Origin: Psilocybe cubensis
Lineage: Eukaryota
Direction of reading: 5' to 3'
Length of the DNA stretch: 64,000 bases
Assembly (NCBI GenBank): GCA_017499595.2
Contig: CM039001.1
Location: 2,480,001 to 2,544,000, forward strand
In this document: piece by piece, positions 41,302-56,955 of the stretch
How the letters are laid out: the number at the start of each line of letters is the position of its first letter
Position numbering within the stretch: position 1 is the first letter of the stretch
Translations under genes and position numbers: made by a program
Notes under the pieces: generated by a model
Seen by the model: only the letters and a program-made list of their open reading frames with translations
Told to the model about the DNA's origin: nothing
Databases searched by the model: none

Positions 41302-41684
41302 CGAAGTAACAGGTTGTAAAGGAATGTTCAAACGTCAGTGTGCAACGTAAGTTGGCGTATTGCCATTCTTCATGAGTACATGATATCTCCAAGAAAGACA
41401 CACAACTGTGACCGTCATTGGCCTGATTGGCGCTTAGCACACAAGTCGCACAAGTCTGAGTGAGAAAGAGGATGATTGCATAAGCATCAGGGCCGTTCTA
41501 TCACCCATCAATGTGGTCAAAATCATTCTTGTTATTCTACAACACTTGTCCATCTCCAATCGAGCTCATATTCCCTTCCCGTTTAACACCTCTCCTACCA
41601 TACATGTTGGCTTTCAATCATTCCTTTCTTTTGTATTGATATCCCACTTTTGCCCTTCTATCTTTAATTAAGCAACTCCTCTCA

Positions 41685-44600
41685 ATGTCCAAGATCGCTA
41701 GGAAGAGCTGGAAAGGTTCAGAGGCAACCAAGGATTCCCCCAGTCCGGCACCCACTGTTCATGATATTGAACATATGTCATCGTCATCCCGCGATACTCC
41801 TATTCAAGATACTATCGGTGCCCCCTCAGTTTCTGATGCTTCTCTCGGCGATCTTTCTGTTAGCTCTAAACGAACTCGCGATGATTTCGAAAAGGCACTA
41901 TCCAATCCCAGCATTTACGAACGTCCCGCTAAATTTCTTAGGATTTCCAACTCAGATTCCCTTCGCAATAGGCTTCCCGAAATAGTTGGTGCTAGAGAAA
42001 GGGAAGAGGGGGGTTTGGCTCTCTCCCACCTTAGTCTCAAGGAGAGAATCTTAGAACAGTCCAAGCAAGAGAACAGTAAAGAGAATCCTTCAATACTTGA
42101 TAAGGACATTTTTACTGATATCCTAATTCAAGCTATTGCCATCCTTCCTCCTGCAAAACGTAGTTTTTCTTTATCGAAATCATTAATCTATGACCTCATA
42201 CCGATCGTCTAGCTTCAATTACCCTTCTTGTGGACGTTGTAGCTTGGTCCATCGAGCAGGAACGTGAAAGGCTAAAAAGACTACCTGAAAGCAAGCGACT
42301 GCGAAGTCGGACCGTGTTAATCGTTGCTGAGTTGGTCATTCAAATAATACATAAGACGTCTTTCTTATCAACAACTATAGCGACATGTCTTCCATGGACA
42401 AATACGCTTCTACTCTCGAAAATGCAATATCGGACATAACTGTTGGAAGATACTCGGAAGAATCTCATTCCCCTGAGTTACAAACATGGACAGAATTACT
42501 GAGGAAGGATGTTGTCATGACCTCTTCACATGTGAGCTTTTGGTTTACTGCAAAAGCATATATTCATAACCCGCGCATGATATAGCTTTTACTTCACTCG
42601 CTTCTTCGAGGTGCTCTTGCGGTCACCCAACTTAATGTCCTAATCATTAGCGAGGCTCAAAATATTAGGAATCAAGATTCACACCCATCTATGCCTATTG
42701 TTCAGGTTATGAACGATTTCTACCGCATTACCGACTCCTGGTCGCGTCCTCGCGTCTTCGCCATTGTGTCCGCTCCCGACCGTCATACACAATTTGATTC
42801 TAAGATGTTGAAGCTCGAGCAAGCCTTGGATTCAAAGGTTTTTGGGGTCAGCGAAGATAAACGACTAGAAATTCTTGCACTTCCTGATCGTCCAAGCGAG
42901 CTTGTGATATTGTATGATGGTTCTCGGAAATCCACTGAGACACGTTTACTTAAACAGTTACATCAACTTGATCCTAACGAATCTATATTTCGTCGACACT
43001 ACCGCAACTCGCGGTTCGCCCACGAGGACATCGGCCCTTGTGCATCTGACTTAGTCTGGAGACGAAGCCTCAAAGAACTCGAGGCCGAACTTATACTCAA
43101 TTATGATGATGTTGATGTTGACGACAATGAATACTCTCTTGAAGACAGGTTGAAAATCCAAGTATATCGTATCGTGAAGAATTGGGCTTACACCATGCCA
43201 AACATGGATGTATCTTCTCGAGGGTTTAACGTCTCACACAAATTCTTGAGGCTAGTTCAACTTCTGAATAAATTCAAATCGTACGGTGAAGGTTTTCGTG
43301 GAATAATTTTCGGCAAGTATCTGTTTCTTGTATCAGTTAACCATTTATTTATTAGTACAACAGTGCAAAGGCGCGCAATTGCCCTAGTTCTTTCCGACTT
43401 ATTACGTACTTTGGGAGATCGGTTTCTTCGGCCTCAGTCTATCATTGGTTCTAATAATGACTTGACAGAAGCCTACCACGTTGAGTACAAATTTCTTTCT
43501 GTCCCTCTTGTGGTGTTAACCATGATGCAGCAAGATATATTCCACGATTTTGCAACTGGAGTATGCAATCTCTTAATAGCCACGAAGTCCATTGAAGATC
43601 TAGATGTTCCAAAGGCTTCGGTAGTTATTCGGTAATCGTTATTTTATCTGCCACAATTTGTCAAGCCATTCAATCTAAAGTTTAAATAGCTACGACCTTT
43701 TTGAAAGTCAAGTGTCTCATGCATACGTTCGAGCTCGCACAAGAGGACGCGAAAGCCATCTCGTGCATATGGTGGAACGCGGTAACGATGTCCATCGTCG
43801 TATTCTGCATCGTATCACGAATATCGACGCCGATATGTTAAAATGGACAGAAATTCTATGCAACTCTGCGGAAAGCTCCATTCCGCCTGAAAGCTTACAA
43901 GAAACCATCAATTCTTATCATTCTGACAGTGATGACGAGGACGCCGGTCCACACTCGCAGTTTATTGAAGACCCTACCACCGGTGGCCGTATTTATGTTC
44001 AGGACGCGACCACCGCTATATATCGATACGCATCCGGTGTCAGACGAATAATTCCAAACACGCCATTGAATCACGCACTTTTTACGTTCAAGGACATTCA
44101 GAAAGAATTTGGGATACCCCGGGCCTATGTATGCGCCATTAATCTCCCTTCGACTCCAATTGATAAAACCTTTGGAGATACATCGGTCTCTAAAGCTGAT
44201 GCACGGCGATCGGCATGCTTCAAAGCTTGCAAACTGCTTTATGCGTCTGGTTTATTGGACTGCCGATTAGTTCCTTTGCCCAATCGACTACGTGCTCAGT
44301 ACGATTTTGAAAGCCGACGGGTTATAGGAAAAGACTCCCTTCCTGAGGTTAAACCCATTTCAGGGACAAGACCATATCGACGGAAGCAGCCTGTATTTTG
44401 GGAAAATTGCTCTGACGCGCTGTCCGACACCTTATACCCAACTATCGTTTCTGTTAATGGGTCTGACAATGACTCAGAAGTATATGCACCTATCGTTATT
44501 CTGACAAAAAAACCGCTTCCTGTCATGCCATCTTTTAGGCTGTTCTGTTCAGGGTCAATTGTCGATGTTCATTTTCAAAAGGCATTGCCTTTAATGTTTG

Positions 44601-47600
44601 ATGAAGAACGTCTAAACAATACGCACTTGTTCACCGTACGAATTTGCCGTGCCATTATGAACAAGGCTTTAGTTTGTCCTTTGGAGGACATGCCATATTT
44701 CTTCCTTCCACTCCCTTTGGGTTGGCGACCAATTGTCAATAATCCACTCGAGATCCCTGATATTGCCAACGCTATACCATGGGAACTTGTCGCAGAGGCA
44801 GCTCATCATTGGGCTGTCCCAATCAAGAGAGCAAGTCCCGAAGAACTTGAAGCAGATTTATATGATGCAGTCGTTCAGGATCGGTGGATCGAATTCACCC
44901 GACGGTATAAGGTGGTCCAGGTGCGGAAAGACCTAACGCCTCTCAGCAAACCAAGTGACAGTAGGGTGAGTCGAATGCCATGTCATGAATATCTGAACCC
45001 CTGGTTAATTTATGATTACAAAGAGGGAAATGAGTTATGAAAGTCTCTTTCACTTTTGCAAATCCAAGCGCAAAGGGCTTGAAACACTGTCTGATTTTAA
45101 CCAAGCAATCATCGAGGTGTCCAAAGTCCCCGCTATCTTAAACAACTTGAATCCGATTTCAAAAGCTCCAGTTAGTACAGCCAAATCCCCAGCAAAATGT
45201 ACGTCTGTCGCTCGCTTTCAAACGCAAGTGTAACCCGTTAAATCATACCAGACCTTATTCCAGAGCTATGCGCGAAATTTACTTTACCGGCTAGGTAGGA
45301 CTCTTCTCACTCCAGTGGATATACACTCATGGTAACTATTCAGCACATTATGGACTTCGATGCTGTTGCCATCAATTATGAGGAGAATAAATGATATTCT
45401 TCTTGTGAAAGAGTTGGATGCCAAGTATTTCGATCATGCTATTCGGGAGGATTTATTGCATAACGCAATCTGCGCACCATCCGCGGGTTTGGAATATGAT
45501 TATGAGCGCCTTGAATTACTTGGTATGTTGGATGGCCATACAGAAAAGTTTTTGACTGATTTTACATCTATCGTTTAGGAGATGCATTCTTGAAGTATCT
45601 GTCCACCGTCTATGTTTTCGTTGCCAATCCTTCACTCAATGAAGGTGCATTGCATGTTGCACGCCAAAAGATCATCAGCAATAAATCGTTGCTCGTACAT
45701 TCGACCCGGGTTGGCTTACCAGAATACATTCTTTCAAAAGTATTTGCTTATAAGACCTGGCATCCTCCACACTTTCGTGTTTTTACTCCCCCCAAGGCAC
45801 CGAAGGTAACAGTAGGATCAGACACTAATGTGTCGCAGGCTGATAACCAAGTTGGGCCGGAAGATATAACTGAGGACGCAGGCATGGACGAAGGGGCAGC
45901 TGACATAGCCGTGGGCGACGAAATGGCTGGAGTCGATGATATGGCCGATTTCGTCGAAGATGTCGAAGACGCAGTTCCATCCATCGAGAAAGACCGGGTT
46001 GAGAATGGTGACGATAGCGTAGACGAGGATAAGCCATCCTCACCACCTTTGCCTAATAACGCACCATTGGATGAAATGATTACAGAACCAGTTGTGCAGA
46101 ATGGAAGTCGTACCGCCACACCCCCTACAAATGTCCAACCTCTAGCCGAACCTCGGGCAACAAAGAAAAAAGGGAAATCCAAAAAGAAAAAGGCGGGAAA
46201 TGACGATTCATGCATTCAATATCTAGGTGACAAGGCGAGTTCGTCGCAATTTACGTTTTGGATATATCTTGATTACAGTGAACTTTGTAGGCTATCGCAG
46301 ATGTGGCAGAAGCAATCATTGGCGCTGCATATATATCAGGAGGACGTGAAGTGGCATTGCAAGCGACGAAAGCACTGACAATACCTCTCTCTAACATTGA
46401 CCGGTGGTCTGATTTTGGACGCAAGGTGTTGACACCGCCTCCAAATGTCATCGCAAAGCTTCCACCAAGTTCTATTGCAGCTATTGAACAAATTATTGGG
46501 CACAAATTTAATCGTCCGCATCTTCTGGCCCAGGCAATGGCGAGTGCCCTTTCCGAGACATTTATTTACAACCTCAGCTGACGCAACTGTTATTCACAGA
46601 CACACTCGTCCATCCAGGGGTATGAATCTACATCCTACGAGCGCCTTGAATTTATTGGAGATGCCATCCTTGATTTTAGTTCGTGATTGTTGATTCCGGA
46701 AAGAATTGATAGCTTATGCATTATCACAGTGGTCATACGACATATCTTTGATCGTGACCAGCAACTTGCGCCTGGAGCTCTAACTATGTTGAAGGTGTGT
46801 CGATATGTAAACGGGCTAGATGTTTTCATTATGTATGCATTCAGGGTGCAATGGTGTCCAATTCTGCATTGGCGGCTGTATGCGTGTGGTCCGGCCTCCA
46901 AAATCATCTTCTGTTCGAGTCGCCAATATTAGCAACTAGCATTCAGACATACATCAACGAATTGAAAGACAGACAAGAGAAGGAGTATGCACTCGCAGAA
47001 CAAGAAGGACGGAACCCTGGACAGTACTGGCTTGACATAGAACCCCCAAAAGTAAGCATACTACCGTAAGCACTTGACATAATAACTGAACTTGGAAGAA
47101 CACAGGCGTTGTCTGATGTAGTGGAATCAATTGTGGGCGCAATCTACATCTCAGATAACTTTTCTCCTGTGGGAGCGGAAACACTTTTTGATAATGTGTT
47201 GAAACCCTTTTACGACAAGCATATTACGCTGCACACACTCTCACACCACCCTACGAAGATTCTGTTTGAATTATGCCAAGCTCAAGGCTGCCAGCAGTTT
47301 GAGATCACTAGAGAGAAGGTTGGAAATATGTTTTGCTGTGAAGGTCAGTACAATGTTTCTCCCAGATAAACTAAACTCATAGCAATTTGGTAGTTGTGGT
47401 GCACGACGTTGTGTTATCAAGTGCCGAAGACATAACACCATTCTCTGCTGGCAGACAAGCGTCGCTCCTAGCTTTGGATGCATTAGAAGGCGATGCAGAT
47501 TTTATGACTCGGGTATGCGATTGTCGGGTTCATACACACAAAAAAACCGGCAAAAAGAAAGACGCGTTTGAAGAGGCACTGGCGCGTGCATTGGCTGCGC

Positions 47601-47668
47601 AGGAGGAGGAAGATGAGATTACGGGCGACGCCGAGGAGCAGGAAGATAGACCACTCGAAGAATGCTAA
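41685..47668 (+). CDS. Dicer-like RNase III protein (degenerate helicase, DUF283, PAZ-like, 2x RNase III, dsRBD)
   Basis: RNase IIIa YERLELLGDAFLK...KAIADVAEA; RNase IIIb YERLEFIGDAILD...KALSDVVES; DUF283 ARRSACFKACKLL; LIPELC connector. Confidence 0.95.
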
Positions 47669-47762
47669 TAAATCAAAGTAGTTCAGAAGGATATCTGTGG
47701 ATTTTATAAGCAGTTCTTTGATTCTAATGGCGATGTATACGAATGGCGAGAAATCTAATGAT

Positions 47763-48120
47763 CTAGTCGGTTGCAGCTGCAGATTTCTGGCTACAGGAAA
47801 AGTTAGACAGGGTGTCGGTCTAGACAGTGCGAATAGCAGAACGAACATTTGGTACCAGGACGCGATGAAGGGGATAGAGAATCCAAAAGTAAGATAGACA
47901 GCGACCTTTGCGCCGAAAGCTGCCTTCTTTTGGCCTGGCCAGGCGAAAGGGAGATGCTAATGGAGAGAAAGATGAATACAAAAAGACGTCAAGAGTGACA
48001 CGGAACTCGAACATGGTAGTCGTCGTGGCCAGCGGAACGAGCAGCCTTGGAGGCGTGGAAGCCACGGGAGAGAGCCTGTTGGCGGACGGCAGAAGAGCGA
48101 GCGAGAATGGACAGCGACAT
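47763..48120 (-). CDS. COX7C: Cytochrome c oxidase subunit VIIc (yeast Cox8 family), 3 exons; not represented in the ORF track
   Basis: Hand-spliced MSLSILARSSAVRQQALSRGFHASKAARSAGHDDYH/HLPFAWPGQKKAAFGAKVAVYLTFGFSIPFIASWYQI/QKSAAATD*: presequence, LPF motif, one TM with GFxxPF...YQ. Confidence 0.88.
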
Positions 48121-48249
48121 TTCGATGCTTGTGGAATCTGGGTGAGGGTAGGGGCGGCTGGAGGTAACGCCGGGTTACTTCGGGTGACCAATCTTGCGTG
48201 ACTAGTGACTCAGTGAGGTAGAGCTTTGAAAGCCGAGGCTATCTGCTCG

Positions 48250-48564
48250 TGCCAAGCCCGTGACATCATTCCTGATTTCGTTGTCGCCGGCTTGTCCCTG
48301 GCGCCAATGCTCGACTTTGGCGTAGACTTGTTGCAGCTTCCAGTAGCCATTCTGGCGATCTGCATCATATTCGCATTCCCTGTCCACGCAGACCACAACG
48401 ATATTTGACAAATAATCTCCAGCTCTCCAGGAACAAATTTCTACCTCTTCAATAACTATGCTCCTAACGATCTTGGTGGCTATGTGTCTTGGGCCCCCTT
48501 TTGGACTTGGTGCTCCATCTTAAGACAATTCAACACACCCCCAGCACGCACTGTAGTCTTGGCA
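48250..48564. promoter_or_regulatory. Three PacC/Rim101-type GCCARG sites in the ENA ATPase promoter
   Basis: TGCCAAG (+) 48250-48256; GCCAGG (-) 48297-48302; TGCCAAGA (-) 48557-48564; TATATAA at 48584. Confidence 0.55.
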
Positions 48565-48632
48565 CTCGATCTTCACTTCCTGGTATATAAGCCCTTTGCT
48601 TTTGGATCGAGTCTGGTCGTCGACCCCGATTT

Positions 48633-52812
<4,180 letters not shown>

Positions 52813-53523
52813 CGATATCCTCTAATATATAGACGATGTGCGACACGATTTATACCCCATGCACATCTTATTTGTAGCTCATGTGCATGCATGGCTCTAT
52901 AACATCTGCCATATGTATCGAAGCATCGCTGCAGACGTCGAAGGACATCATCAACTTAGCAATAGATGTATCAAGAGTTCAATGACCGTACGCCAACGTA
53001 AAACGTTTACCATGTACATTCTTATAGATGCAGAAGATATGTCATTTTTTCGCTGTAACTATTCACGCTGAGCTGTTGCTATTTGATGGATTGTTCTGAG
53101 TTATCCTTTATGCTCTCTATCATTGCTGACGAACGGTTATCAAGCTCGATTTATGTATGATTTGAAACTGCGTACTAGTAAATCTCTCAGGTTAGGACAT
53201 TGCATCTTGTCTTGTGTGGTTTGGTGATAATCACGTTCACTGTCATTCAATGACTCTATTCATATGTGTATCATTTGATCCCGGCTACTTGGAGAAGAAC
53301 TTATGGCACAGAGCTGAAGCCCTGGTTGAAACCCACTTTTATTACTTTCGAGTTGCTCGACGGAACCCAATAAACTTTCTACCCATTACAAGGTATCTTT
53401 TCTATAAATATAAGCCAAATAGGCCCAACCGAAACGAGTTTGTAAATTCCACGTGGCAGCGCAATGATGTAGGCGGACCGGTACTTAATCGGTAATCGGG
53501 GTTCACGGCAGTTAGCACCTAAA

Positions 53524-56369
53524 ATGGCTTTGGCAAACCCACAACGGAGGGTGATTAGACACATCTTCTCACCCAAAGGCTTATCTCGTTCCTTTCATTC
53601 ATCCATAATGTCTCTGACCGCTCAAATACATGTTCCTCGTCTTAACAAGACACTGACTGTGCCAACTGGACTGTTTATCAACAATGAATTTGTTCCCTCT
53701 GTCGACTCAAAGGAGCTCATTCAGTGAGTGTGATGCACTTAGAGCTGGTAAATAAATAAGATAAGATAGCATGCTAATCCCCCTTCTTAGCGCTATCAAC
53801 CCAGCTACTGAGGAAGTACTGGCATCTGTTGTCGCAGGTGTGTAGCCTTTTCTTTGATGTGTTGCTTATTCCAGAAAGCTAAATCCGGCGTAGCGTCGCC
53901 CAAGGATATCGATGTTGCAGTCGCTGCCGCCCGTCATGCGTTCAAGACAACTTGGGGGAAGAATGTAACTGGATTTGAGCGATCAAGACTCATAAACAAA
54001 CTTGCCGACCTTATTGAACGTGATGCACAAGAACTTGCCGAACTTGAGTCTCTTAACAATGGAAAGCCTGTCAAGGTTGCAAGGTAATCCTCCTACAACA
54101 TGTGCAAGTACCCAAGCCTGATCATTGGCTGCAGAGATTTCGATATCGGCGACAGCATCCAATGCTTAAGGTACTATGCCGGCTGGGCGGACAAGATCAT
54201 AGGCCAGGTTAGTAGTCAGCATTGTGTACCTTAGCATAAGGCTAAGTATCCTTCCAATGTAAGTCCCTGGAGGTCGACAACAAGTCTAAAATCGCATTCA
54301 CTCGCCATGATCCCATTGGTGTTTGCGGACAAATGTAACGATGTTATGATTGCTTTACGCTCTCTTCGTTTAAACTACTGCAACAGAATCCCCTGGAACT
54401 ACCCGATCAATATGTGGTAAAGTCATTTTTCTGCGATGTTGTCGCGCCTCTGATCATGTATTCGTAGGTCTTGGAAAGTTGCCCCAGCGCTGGCTGTAGG
54501 CTGCACGATCGTTATGAAACCATCCGAGTTAACACCGCTGACCGCTTTGGTAATTCTCGTATCCAATCATTGCATCCCTCATAGTCTCATACTCATGTTT
54601 GTAGAAACTCTCCGAACTGGTCAAAGAGGCAGGGTAAGGCTTCAATATATGTAGTCGGTAACTATGTTCATTGATCCATATGTCAAGATTCCCTCCTGGT
54701 GTCGTTAACACTGTTCCATCCTTGGGACCCGTCGGGGGCGCTGCCCTTTCTTCCCACCCTGATGTAGATAAAGTCGCATTCACAGGCTCGACAATCACAG
54801 GCCGCAAAATCATGGAGGCTGCCGCGAAGAGCAATTTGAAGAAGGTTTAAACCAGCACATTTGCTCTCTATCCAAATAATCCTCAACCCCCTTCTATAGG
54901 TATCTTTGGAACTTGGCGGCAAGTCGCCACATCTTATTTTTGAATCTGCCGATTTGGAACAGGGTGCGTTTACTTCAGTTCTCGCGAACAAGCACGTTTT
55001 GTTACGAGTTGGCCTTATTCCAAACTGGGATACCGTAGCCGGCATCCTAGTATGCAACTTTATTATAATTTCCCTGCACAGTGATAAGTGCATGATTCTG
55101 TCGTAGAAGAAGTGGCCATTCGCTTAGGATACCTGGTCAGGGAACCTGTCATATACCCGATCAGCGACTGGTTGTTTGGTGTTATGACAAGGGGAGCACC
55201 ATTTCACCGAAACGGCATTTATTTCACATTTGACCTCATATGATGATACCAAGGAGTACTAACATACCTTTTAACTCAAAGCCGCTGCGTGGGCTGCGCT
55301 TGGAATATGCTATAATTCGGGGCAAGATTGTACAGCCGGATCTCGGGTTTATGTTCAGAACACTATTTACGATAAATTCTTGGAGATACTCGTATCTAAA
55401 GTTAAGGCAACAGTCGTTGGAGATGGCTTGGAGGAGGCAAGTGGAGGAGGCCCTGTCGTAAGTGAACACCTTCCACCACGGTGTTTTTATCGTTTTGTCG
55501 TTGTAACCCTCTTGTTCTTAGGTATCTAAGGGGCAATACGATCGTGTGTGGGGATATATCGAGTCAGGGAAGGCAGAAGGCGCCGTCGCAATCCTCGGAG
55601 GCGAAAAGAGGAACAGTAAAGGCTATTATGTCGATCCCACCAGTATGTCTAATTCATGCTTTGCACCTTAAATTGACTAACATCTCGTCCAGTATTCACT
55701 AATATCAAACCCGATATGAGAATAGTAAAGCCTTGCTGTATTACTGATCTGATGCTGTGCTCAATTTGGGGTTTATTAGGTTAAGGAAGAAGTAAGGATC
55801 TGGAGATGGTTTCTCATGTGGCGTCCTGATTTTCTCCAATTTTCTAGATTTTTGGACCCGTGCTTTCTGTCGGAGTATTCAACACCGAGGACGAAGCCAT
55901 AGCCCTTGCCAATGATACAAGCTATGGCCTTGGTGCAGGACTTCACTCAAGTAATCATAAATAACATACGTCGTGCAGCGCTAACGTTGCCTCTCATATT
56001 ACAGATGACGCCAATCAGTGCATGCGAGTCTCATCCGCTTTAGAAGCCGGCACAGTAAGTTCATAACACCGCCGACCAGCTCTGTCGTTCCCGCAGATTG
56101 TACTTATCGTTGTTATCGTAGGTGTGGGTTAACCAATACAATCTGTTGAATAACAATGTTCCATTTGGCGGAAAGAAGCAATCTGGAATTGGTATGTTCT
56201 TTCCTCTTCGAAGGGTACTTTCTCTGCCGCACAAAGTACATGTTCGCCTGTAATGTCCTCATCACGTCTATTTTCAGGCCGTGAACTCGGAAGCTATGCT
56301 CTGGAGGAATATACATCAGTCAAAGCAGTCCACTGGAACTTCGGAGAGAAACTCGATTGGCCTCTTTAA
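53524..56369 (+). CDS. NAD(P)+ aldehyde dehydrogenase (ALDH1/2-like), many introns; second in-frame ATG at 53608
   Basis: [23 protein letters not shown] (catalytic Glu); GQDCTAGSR (catalytic Cys); [15 protein letters not shown]. Confidence 0.95.
54964..55281 (+). ncRNA. Candidate intron-hosted structured RNA (possibly H/ACA snoRNA-like) in an ALDH intron
   Basis: 318-nt intron versus ~55 nt typical; several stems; ANANNA (AGAAGA 55105-55110) and ACA (55226-55228) followed by TTT. Confidence 0.4.
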
Positions 56370-56955
56370 TGCGCGCAGTACCACTAAGGAATATTTAATT
56401 AACGAAAAATCCATGGAGATAGGCCATCCTTGCGTACATTGTACATCTATACGTGGTTGTATTATGACATAGTCAATCAAAAGTTCGGTGAAAATATGGT
56501 TGATTGGCGAGGTGTTGACTCCATTCTGACATGTTAGATCATGCTCAATGAACAATTCTATGTACGTAATTCTTTCAATTCCTTACGCCCTGGCCAACAC
56601 CATATCCGTCTGCCATGTGGCAAAGGTGAAACGCCACATACCTAGCGGCTAGTCCCAGAAGTTGCTGTACTTCTGCTCGGTACCTGTAAGCCAAAAGCAC
56701 CTATGCCGGCATACATTGGTTGCGTAAAGCGTGTTCAAGTCTTTGTGGCATAGGCGACACAAACCATTCAGCTTGCTCGGCAGCAGGTGCACATGGCCCC
56801 CCCGCGATCACGGAGTCGGGAAGAGTATATGTAATAATCATTAGCGAGGATCAAGTAAAGTACACGATTCCAGGTAATATAATAGCAAGAGACGGCATTA
56901 AATAAACAAGGGACACCTCGGTGATGGGGCAAAGCAATGCGAACTAGACAAATAC

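Noticed and set aside
47820..48201. 123-aa (-) and 97-aa (+) ORFs in the track
   Set aside because: Off-frame and antisense readings of the spliced COX7C gene.
55120..55172. TPP-riboswitch resemblance (GCTTAGGATACC...GAACCTG...AGCG) in the ALDH intron
   Set aside because: It lacks the invariant UGAGA and the P5 GAU..UAAU loop, and the host gene is not thiamine-related.
55241..55262. TGATGA followed by ATACCAAGGAG, complementary to a remembered 5.8S rRNA segment (C/D guide?)
   Set aside because: There is no CTGA D box (the CTAA is the branch point), and an 11-nt match to total rRNA is plausible by chance.
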